Source of the DNA: an uncultured bacterium
GTDB taxonomy: Bacteria; Patescibacteriota; Patescibacteriia; UBA9570; XYC2-FULL-38-9
Direction: 5' to 3'
NCBI GenBank assembly: GCA_937996685.1
Contig: CALKUP010000016.1
Coordinates: 85,879 to 149,878, forward strand
Length of the DNA stretch: 64,000 nt
Shown: positions 58,201 through 64,000 of the stretch, one piece after another
How positions within the stretch are numbered: position 1 is the first letter of the stretch
Layout: each line of letters opens with the position of its first letter
The notes under the pieces: generated by a model
The model's database searches: none
Seen by the model: only the letters and a program-made list of their open reading frames with translations
Told to the model about the DNA's origin: nothing
Program-made: the position numbers and the translations under genes

Positions 58201-58241
58201 CTTCAGTTGATATTCGTTCTATAGAGTTAATCCATTATTAA
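55215..58241 (+). CDS. Giant hypothetical membrane protein (1008 aa): more than 20 TM helices plus a C-terminal soluble domain of about 350 aa
   Basis: Long ORF, hydrophobic for about 650 residues and then hydrophilic. Flanked by GtrB-like and GtrA genes. Confidence 0.55.
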   Translation: MSRLIIADLFDKTRIRAACAQWWPVGLFFGLLVTYLVYGSWSIALESGVTDQASQATAFGIDISARVTRFVVSVLVFYAVFVVTLLSFASMQKLSSFRSLFFNTGLIGLMVFCGMALHPVSFAVPSSLWVIAGLCITEVALVYLFPFESIGMIEQRIWLWVSSTLGLWSVVVYFLMLEGVSFLVATLFGVLVTAAWCWLLLFIDTCAQRVALPAFLALIVRIVFFLQATAILFTLLPIWVNESIVLFRVRLDAVVQPVSIVAAFFALYAFLVVAYLIVTRHLSPRSLREMITKDVRLLYYWVYPMCIVVASVFSWYELTTHESLELFEQANPGLLIQQWFDFGKIPFVDTFNAHGFSDAVWGFFYTALFGFSAEQWNAYDFLQRVVELVFFYYFLGSLTKRYQFAAVFVLFYSSLDVVIPFYFTPALVLSLLIARYHRHKTTTGFLWLFVVSLVLFWWKIDIGSSAVLAVLATVCFIQMSDVSALFFRKKELVVIACGAAMAGAIGVFFLSQHGSIFVDRCMLVLHIFNSNQTFGYPKLSGSVNTIAVLDYALMPLGLTAMLVWIFLHYKTWAVQLRDRRMLDVIVYSAFFSLALHTRGLVRHTLLLGYSYVVLSFSILAFGLFAFFLVEKKDVIKNISKNLSLQNVFVFVIFILTLTMSMRTEYLMHLYERLETSGSVVDYGVSHWFTMAQQSFPKRVVTLEPEKREAAFGNTKRFLDAQLTPDQTFFDFSTNPMLYVYTHRKSPHYANHTMMYHDVFLQNELVRELHGQDIPVLIFSVSEPGVYNLDTIPFQYRYPIVSEYIYGAYRPFAVIDGREVWVRKDWSVPHPEKMDDIVFQPIDDSRINSTMNLGLLPLLLRHDTVAPVRSRFMMYQAAPNADLLTTPSQFVGMQLPVAQQIESTSMLVVRGIARGGSRVPVQVSFSSKDQKKGSGVFHFDMLGDGVERQYWIRVSTAYQWWNNTSQLRDVFFQLDPNPVSGFEVVPKNDQSSTTESASVDIRSIELIHY

Positions 58242-58255
58242 ATATACACAAGATT

Positions 58256-58657
58256 ATGGTCTCTCGCGTTATTCAATATTTTACACAACATGAGTTTATT
58301 CGTTACCTGACGGTTGGTTTCTTGTGTGTTTCTTGCGAGTTGTCTATTTTTTATACATTGCAATATTGGCACGTGCAGTATCTTGTGAGCAACACAGCTG
58401 GTTTTATTACGGCGAGTATTGTAGGGTATTTTTTGCAAAAATATTGGACATTTAAAAATTTTCATTCAAATCATCTACAGCAAATGATTCGGTTTGCAGC
58501 GGTCCTTGCTTGGGGGTATGTACTTGGCATGTGTGTGCTGTATCTGCTGGTTGATCGTTTATTGGTTCCTGTGTCTATCGCAAAGCTCATACAAGTGTGT
58601 ATTGTTATGGTGAGCAATTATCTCGGTCAAAAAATCATTACGTTTAAAAAACGGTAA
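58256..58657 (+). CDS. GtrA-family small membrane protein (polyprenyl-phosphate-sugar translocation-associated)
   Basis: 133 aa, 4 TM. N-terminal FIRYLTVGFLCVSCELSIFYTL is typical of GtrA-like proteins. Confidence 0.65.
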   Translation: MVSRVIQYFTQHEFIRYLTVGFLCVSCELSIFYTLQYWHVQYLVSNTAGFITASIVGYFLQKYWTFKNFHSNHLQQMIRFAAVLAWGYVLGMCVLYLLVDRLLVPVSIAKLIQVCIVMVSNYLGQKIITFKKR

Positions 58658-58665
58658 TTCTTCAT

Positions 58666-59961
58666 TTAAGAATGCATGTTTGATGAGATGGCTTTGAAAA
58701 TGCGATCACATTCTGCGTCCCATGACATGCTGGCTACTGTCTCTACGCCTTTTTTTGCAAGTCGGTTTCTTTCTTCTGGCTGCGTGATGAGTGTTGCGAT
58801 GTGATCAACCATAATAGACGGAATGGGTTCCATGACAATTGCATTGTCGTTGTGTTGTAAAAACCAGTCATTTGCGCTATTTGCATTTGTTGCGACAACA
58901 GCGCCGCATGCCATATATTCAAATGGTTGGTATGAAGGATGTTTTGTGAACATAAATACAAGGCCGATGTCTGAGGCTCGATATAAATCAGCGACTGCAT
59001 CTAGAGATGATAGTCGTCCGACGTTTTCAATAATTCCAGATACGCCGTATTCTTCAGGGTCCCATTCATCGCCAGCTGCAACAATACGAATGCGGTTCCC
59101 AAATTGCGCTTTTAATTTTTTGCATGTAACAAGCGCGAGTTCAAAGCCATTGCGGTCGTGGTGTGGGCGAGCATAGACAACGATTTGAATGTTATCTGTT
59201 TTTGCTGTTTTTGTTTCTAAGGAATCATTTGTGATGTGGTATACAGCATGATTAACGGCTGGTGTGAAGGCATGTGTTGTCATGTTGTATTGTGTGTGAA
59301 TCCAGTCCGCAAGTCCTGGTGTGTTCACGATGCCAGTCATTCCCATGCGATAAGTGCTTTCCGCAAGAGCGTAATATGAATTTGCGGCATAAAACCCAGG
59401 CTCAAAGTCTTGAATAAAATACAACTTCTTTTTTGTCTTATTACATTTTGCAGAAATAAATGCAGATGTCCAAAATGTTGCGATTGTTGCATCGGATTCA
59501 GGGAGGGAAGAAAGATCTGGTGTTTGAGGAATAAACTCTGCGTCTGCGAGACCGGGAAATGATTCTGTCACCATTTTTGCAATGTCAGCAATTGGTGCTG
59601 ATGGATAATCGTACAACACAATTCGATTGTGAATCCCGTGTTTTTGAAAATATTCAGCAAACCGAAAGAGCGTATACACGCCACCATAATAGACATGCTC
59701 AAATCGCGGGATAAACCAATTGATAGTGCGTACTTCACTGTCTTGTGTTTTTGCTGTTTCAACAATGTTCCAGTGCGCTGCCCATTCTTCGCTTGTAATA
59801 TCAAGCGCTTCAATCATGCCTTGCTTGGTCGCGACTTCTTGAGCTGCTGCATTTTTTCGCAGGTAGTCTCCGAGGGATTTATCGACTATTTTTGCAGCTG
59901 TTGATTGCACGCCATGTTTTTTGAAGAAGGCGAGTGTTTCTTGAATGTCTGACATGTTCAT
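58666..59961 (-). CDS. Glycosyltransferase, GT-B fold (GT4-like / WsaF-type)
   Basis: C-terminal donor-binding region (VFMFTKHPSYQPFEYMACGAVVATN) with an E-x7-E-like motif. 431 aa. Its start overlaps the upstream gene's stop by 4 nt. Confidence 0.6.
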   Translation of the reverse strand: MNMSDIQETLAFFKKHGVQSTAAKIVDKSLGDYLRKNAAAQEVATKQGMIEALDITSEEWAAHWNIVETAKTQDSEVRTINWFIPRFEHVYYGGVYTLFRFAEYFQKHGIHNRIVLYDYPSAPIADIAKMVTESFPGLADAEFIPQTPDLSSLPESDATIATFWTSAFISAKCNKTKKKLYFIQDFEPGFYAANSYYALAESTYRMGMTGIVNTPGLADWIHTQYNMTTHAFTPAVNHAVYHITNDSLETKTAKTDNIQIVVYARPHHDRNGFELALVTCKKLKAQFGNRIRIVAAGDEWDPEEYGVSGIIENVGRLSSLDAVADLYRASDIGLVFMFTKHPSYQPFEYMACGAVVATNANSANDWFLQHNDNAIVMEPIPSIMVDHIATLITQPEERNRLAKKGVETVASMSWDAECDRIFKAISSNMHS

Positions 59962-62900
59962 ATCGCGGGTCCAGTTAATTCATTATTGCCGCGCAAGCGC
60001 ACAGACTCGTCTTGGAGTGATAAGTTTTTGTTGTAATACGGGTCGTTCCAATTGAGGTATGGCGCGTATCGTTTTTTGCTTACTTCAAAATCATGTGCAG
60101 GTGGTGTTTTGTCACGAGTCATACTTTCGTAATGAATGAGTTCCGCAAAAGGCGTGTAGACGTTACGATACCCCTTTTCATATAAAGAGAGTCCGAGATT
60201 AACATCGTTTCCGCAGACTGTGAAATTTTCATCGAGCCCGCCCATTTCCCAATATTTTTTCGCTTCAATCATAAGACACGCAGCAGTCACAGCAAGATAG
60301 TTGTTGGTAAATTCAGCAAGACGGTAATATGTTTGCTCAGATTGCTCGCGAGCAAAAATATGCCCTGCGAGTCCTGTCATTCCAAGAACAACGCCGGCAT
60401 GTTGAATTGATCCGTCAGGATAATATAATTTTGCACCAACAGCGCCAATTTCTGGACGCGCTGCATGCATGAGCATTTCTTGAATCCAGTTCGGAGTAAT
60501 AACTTCGGTGTCATTATTGAGTAGCAGCAAGAAATCTCCCTTTGCATGTTTTGCTCCCCAATTATTGATTTCTGAGTAATTAAATGGAACGTCGTGTGTT
60601 AGTATCTGAATACGTTTTTCAGCTGAAATTTTCTTGAGATACGCAGCTGTTTCCGGCTCTACGCTATTATTGCTAATGAGAATAATTTCGTAGTGTTGGT
60701 ATGTTGTTTTTTTCAAAATACTGTCAACACATTGTTTCAAGAGTTCGGGCTTATCTTTAAAAGGAATGATAATGCTCACGAGTGCGTCTGCAGGAAGGGG
60801 ATAGCGAACGTGATAATTGGTAATTCCGATTCCTTGTTCAACAGCAACGAACGGTTCTTTTTTTGTTGTGAGATAGTCGCGTAACGCATTTTCGCCAGCA
60901 TCGTGTGCATAGGTTTTGACGCTTGTGTCAGATGCAGTTGATGTCTCTGTCATGCGCCAGTGATATAAAATCTTTTCTATGTGACGAACGGGTGTCGTTA
61001 TCGCGGAGATGCAGCGTAAAAACAGGTCGTAATCCTGGGCGCCTTCGTAGCTTTCTCGAAACCAACCAACGCTGTCCCCGAGTTCTTTTTTAATAAACGC
61101 CATGTGTGTAATAAAGTTGAGGGACCGTATCAACTCCTCGGAATATCCAGGTTTAAAAAATGGATATAAGCGTTCGTTCTTTGTTGTGATTTTATCTTCA
61201 TCTGAATAGGCAAATTCAGTGTCGGGATGTTCTGCGAGTAATTGTGCAAATTCGTATAAAGCAAATGGCGCAATTGCGTCATCGCAATCCAGAAGGGTGA
61301 TGTATTCTCCTGTTGCCATTGCAATTGCTTGGTTGCTTGCACCGCAGATGTGTTTATTTTCTGCACCAAACGCAATACGAATACGACTGTCCTTGTTTTC
61401 CCAGGCACGTAATGCAGCGACGGTTTCTGGGTTTGTTGAAGCGTCGTCATATAAACAGAGTTCCCAGTTTTCATACCACTGGTCTACAACACTTTGAATG
61501 CAGGCATCAAGCCATTGCGGATCAACGTTATATACAGGAACGATAACGGATATGAGTGGTTTTTTATTGAATCCCGCGATGGTTTTTTTGACAGTCGCTA
61601 TCTCATATTGCTCGTAGTGCGCGATCCATTCTTTGTAGCTGGTTGCTGTAATTTGTTGCGGACGAAACGCATTTTTTCCGTGTCGCAGATATTTCAATGT
61701 ATACGACAGTGTTGTGCGAAGGCCTTTTGTTTTGTAAATACCAACAGCACGTCCCGCGAGGCTCTTTGCTTTTTTCGCGTATTTTTTTATGTGGCGCGGT
61801 CGAAAGGCTTTGAGTCGTAGAACAGCATTGCGAGTTTTCCAGGCAAGCGACCGCTCCATCCATTGAATTCGTTCGTCTTTGCTTCGAATAACATCTTCAA
61901 GTTTTTGTACGTGATCCAGAGTGTTTGCGAGATATGTCTTGAGACCCGAGGCGTCATTAATGAGTTTTTTTTGTGCAGCTTCGAGGTCCGCGACAACACT
62001 GAGTGCATTCGCATACTCAACGCCAACTGTTTCAGCTGTGTCAGTGATGCTTTTTTCGATAGCTTTTTTTTCTTGGTTGAAGAGTCCAACGAGAACAAGA
62101 TATTGTTCCGCAATCGCGACAAAATGCTCTGTTGTTAATGGCGTGGTGGTCGCAGGTTCTGCGATAGCATCTGGTGATTTTTGTAAAAAGAAAATTTTAC
62201 GATATGAGTGCGGGTCGTTGTCAATTGGAAAAATTGTTGTGTTATACCACTTGTTCCAGTCTTCAAGGGCTGGTCGAATGCGCTCGCCAATAGTAGTCAG
62301 AAAAAAATTCAACGGTGCAATGAGTGACCAGACTGACATGGCATTATTTCCGTACATTGTGTATGGAATATTTTGTGCTTCGGCAACGCTTGTTACTTGT
62401 TCAATGCGCGGGAGTCCATAAGAAATGTGTTCTGTGAGCCACGGATGCTCTTCTCCGGTTAAGGTTTCAAAAAATGTGTTTGCATGTTTTTCAGCGTCTT
62501 CAACGCCAGGTCCTGCAAATGGAGCAATGAGAATGCCGCCAATACGCGCAACACGGATATGCTCTGAAACAAATGCTGATCGCTTGTCTTGTGGAATGTG
62601 TTCAAAGGTGTCGAGTGAAACAACAAAATCAAAGGCAGAGCCAGGGAGTGGCATGTCGCATCCATCGCCTGGAATATAGTTTTCGTCTTCGTTTTGATCA
62701 ACAAGTGGGTCTAAATAAAAGACGTCATCGTGTGGGAGAAATTTTCGGAGATGATTCCCGCGTCCACCGACATCAAGAATACGAAAGCGTTGGTTGTCTT
62801 TGCGATTTGCGTCGACGATACGACGGACTGTTGCGTAGCGACCGTATTGATCAAAGTCAAATTGTTGTTCAAGAGATGTGTTCATGATGGTGTATTCCAA
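59958..62900 (-). CDS. Multidomain glycan biosynthesis protein: N-terminal class I SAM-dependent methyltransferase, long coiled-coil, then two tandem GT2 (GT-A) glycosyltransferase domains
   Basis: Methyltransferase (FRILDVGGRGNHL; FDFVVSLDTFEHIP). Coiled-coil at about residues 250-420. GT2 domain 1 (ISVIVPVYNVDPQWLDACIQSVVDQWYENWELCLYDDAS). GT2 domain 2 (VSIIIPFKDKPELLKQCVDSILKKTTYQHYEIILISNNS). Confidence 0.8.
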   Translation of the reverse strand: MEYTIMNTSLEQQFDFDQYGRYATVRRIVDANRKDNQRFRILDVGGRGNHLRKFLPHDDVFYLDPLVDQNEDENYIPGDGCDMPLPGSAFDFVVSLDTFEHIPQDKRSAFVSEHIRVARIGGILIAPFAGPGVEDAEKHANTFFETLTGEEHPWLTEHISYGLPRIEQVTSVAEAQNIPYTMYGNNAMSVWSLIAPLNFFLTTIGERIRPALEDWNKWYNTTIFPIDNDPHSYRKIFFLQKSPDAIAEPATTTPLTTEHFVAIAEQYLVLVGLFNQEKKAIEKSITDTAETVGVEYANALSVVADLEAAQKKLINDASGLKTYLANTLDHVQKLEDVIRSKDERIQWMERSLAWKTRNAVLRLKAFRPRHIKKYAKKAKSLAGRAVGIYKTKGLRTTLSYTLKYLRHGKNAFRPQQITATSYKEWIAHYEQYEIATVKKTIAGFNKKPLISVIVPVYNVDPQWLDACIQSVVDQWYENWELCLYDDASTNPETVAALRAWENKDSRIRIAFGAENKHICGASNQAIAMATGEYITLLDCDDAIAPFALYEFAQLLAEHPDTEFAYSDEDKITTKNERLYPFFKPGYSEELIRSLNFITHMAFIKKELGDSVGWFRESYEGAQDYDLFLRCISAITTPVRHIEKILYHWRMTETSTASDTSVKTYAHDAGENALRDYLTTKKEPFVAVEQGIGITNYHVRYPLPADALVSIIIPFKDKPELLKQCVDSILKKTTYQHYEIILISNNSVEPETAAYLKKISAEKRIQILTHDVPFNYSEINNWGAKHAKGDFLLLLNNDTEVITPNWIQEMLMHAARPEIGAVGAKLYYPDGSIQHAGVVLGMTGLAGHIFAREQSEQTYYRLAEFTNNYLAVTAACLMIEAKKYWEMGGLDENFTVCGNDVNLGLSLYEKGYRNVYTPFAELIHYESMTRDKTPPAHDFEVSKKRYAPYLNWNDPYYNKNLSLQDESVRLRGNNELTGPAI

Positions 62901-64000
62901 TGATGTTCAATTTTCAAAACGCCGTTTTGGTTTTGGTCCATAGAAATGATTTTGAACGTGTATGCGCGGTCATGGTAGTCATATGGAATGACGCAGTCCC
63001 AATCAAAAATAGCAGCGGTAAAATCATATTTCCCTGCAAAAAACGGATTATGGTCAATGGTGAAGTCGATATATCCAACCCCGTCAATAAATGGGATGTC
63101 AAGTTTCGATGTTTTTGTGTTCGGGCCAGCTAAATGAATGCCGTCTTGTGTGTGAATTGCAATTCCAAAGACCGGCTTTTCAAGTCGTTTTTTTGCGTTG
63201 TAATGAATTCGTGCAGTGATTGGAGAACCGGTAGAAAAGACTTGTTTTGGATCGCCGTCGGCATCAAGAAATTCAACTCCTGTAATTGCAATGCCAGTTT
63301 CGTATTCTTTGGCGTATGTCATTTGCTCTTCCTCTTCTTGCATGCGGATTTCCTCATCCTTCATGTTTTGTTGCATATATAAGCCGACTGCTTTTTCTGG
63401 ATCGCCAAGATATTGCACAGCACCATTTCGCAGTAGGAGAGCGCGGTCACAATAACGCTCGAGAGTTGCCATGTCATGGGTGACTAAGATGACGGTTTTC
63501 CCGAGGTCGCGATATTTATTAAATTCTTCAATACATTTTTGTTGGAAGTTTGTATCACCAACTGCAAGCACTTCATCCATGAGCAAGATGTCTCGGTTTG
63601 CGTGAATTGCTACAGAAAACGCAAGGCGGACTTGCATTCCAGAGCTGTAATTTTTAATTTTTTGATCAATGAATCGTTCGAGTTCAGAAAAGTCAACGAT
63701 ACTTTGAAATTTTTCATCAATTTGTTTTTTTGTCAGACCTAAAACCGTCGCGTTAAGATAAATATTGTCTCGTCCGGATAACTCAGGGTTAAAGCCGATA
63801 CCGAGTTCAAGAAATGGTGAGATGCGGCCGTTAATTGAAATGTCACCAGTGTCAGGAGAATAAATGCCGGCTAAAATTTTCAATAATGTTGATTTGCCGG
63901 ATCCATTACGTCCGAGGATGCCGAAAAATTCGCCTTTTTTAATAGAAAAAGAAACATCGTTGAGCGCGTGGAATTCTTCATGCGATTTTTTCTTCCAACC
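62882..64000 (-). CDS. wzt: Wzt/TagH-type ABC transporter ATP-binding protein with a C-terminal Wzt_C-like carbohydrate-binding domain. The 5' end runs off the window.
   Basis: Manual translation of 63884-64000 (minus strand) extends the frame to ...KKGEFFGILGRNGSGKSTLLKILAGIYS (Walker A). ABC signature YSSGMQVRLAF and Walker B ILLMDEVLAVGD. A C-terminal extension of about 130 aa beyond the NBD is typical of Wzt_C. Confidence 0.85.
   Translation of the reverse strand, partial: GWKKKSHEEFHALNDVSFSIKKGEFFGILGRNGSGKSTLLKILAGIYSPDTGDISINGRISPFLELGIGFNPELSGRDNIYLNATVLGLTKKQIDEKFQSIVDFSELERFIDQKIKNYSSGMQVRLAFSVAIHANRDILLMDEVLAVGDTNFQQKCIEEFNKYRDLGKTVILVTHDMATLERYCDRALLLRNGAVQYLGDPEKAVGLYMQQNMKDEEIRMQEEEEQMTYAKEYETGIAITGVEFLDADGDPKQVFSTGSPITARIHYNAKKRLEKPVFGIAIHTQDGIHLAGPNTKTSKLDIPFIDGVGYIDFTIDHNPFFAGKYDFTAAIFDWDCVIPYDYHDRAYTFKIISMDQNQNGVLKIEHHWNTPS

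Noticed and set aside
61921-62421. 166-aa plus-strand ORF inside the MTase-GT2-GT2 fusion gene (and similar internal ORFs at 61494-61820 and 62573-62887)
   Set aside because: Antisense shadows of a 980-aa gene with clear domain content. Low-complexity Ser/Ala composition.

Overview
The window has two parts: a co-directional block of housekeeping genes on the + strand (1–37.4 kb) and a mixed-strand cell-envelope glycan biosynthesis region (37.4–64 kb). Overall it is a gene-dense bacterial chromosomal segment of about 45–50% GC with very short intergenic gaps and several near-consensus sigma70-type promoters (TTGACA-N16/17-TATAxT).

**Housekeeping block (+ strand).** In order:
- glyQS, an M16 peptidase, an AI-2E transporter, metG, a CvpA-like protein, tatD, rmuC and a hexapeptide-repeat protein.
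- An operon of two tiny proteins followed by a 1072-aa Ala/Pro-rich protein.
- A UvrD-helicase/Cas4-like nuclease fusion, then pheS and pheT.
- A very AT-rich orphan membrane-protein gene, then gyrB and a CarS-like (DUF46) membrane protein.
- secE-nusG-rplK-rplA, ending at a strong intrinsic terminator.
- A dNTP cluster: dCMP deaminase, a P-loop dNMP-kinase-like gene, tmk and dut.
- gatB, a DUF2207 protein and ccdA.
- A pentose-phosphate cluster: zwf, a short-form gnd, a cyclase-family hydrolase and tal.

**Glycan region (mixed strand).**
- A Wzz-like protein.
- A GT4–flippase–LicC-like cytidylyltransferase–G1PDH-like dehydrogenase operon.
- Three large GT-C-like polytopic membrane proteins.
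- Two polyprenyl-phosphate-sugar-synthase-like GT2s, and GtrA.
- A TIM-barrel sugar isomerase, an NAD-Rossmann epimerase-like protein and an FAD oxidoreductase.
- Two more giant membrane proteins (817 and 1008 aa).
- A GT4, and a 980-aa methyltransferase–coiled-coil–GT2–GT2 fusion.
- A Wzt-type ABC ATPase with a C-terminal carbohydrate-binding domain, running off the window end.

No rRNA, tRNA or CRISPR array could be supported by eye. The genome style (compact genes, weak or absent Shine-Dalgarno sequences, DUF2207, many unusual giant membrane proteins) is compatible with a small-genome uncultivated bacterium such as Patescibacteria/CPR, but that is only inference.

The most interesting candidates are:
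- the ABC-transporter-dependent glycan module with a WbbB/WbdD-like 'terminator–ruler–polymerase' fusion;
- the G1PDH-like plus cytidylyltransferase pair, together with a separate CarS-like gene;
- the AT-rich orphan island between pheT and gyrB;
- the consensus-promoter operon encoding a giant low-complexity protein, ending in a hairpin that straddles the start codon of the helicase-nuclease gene.
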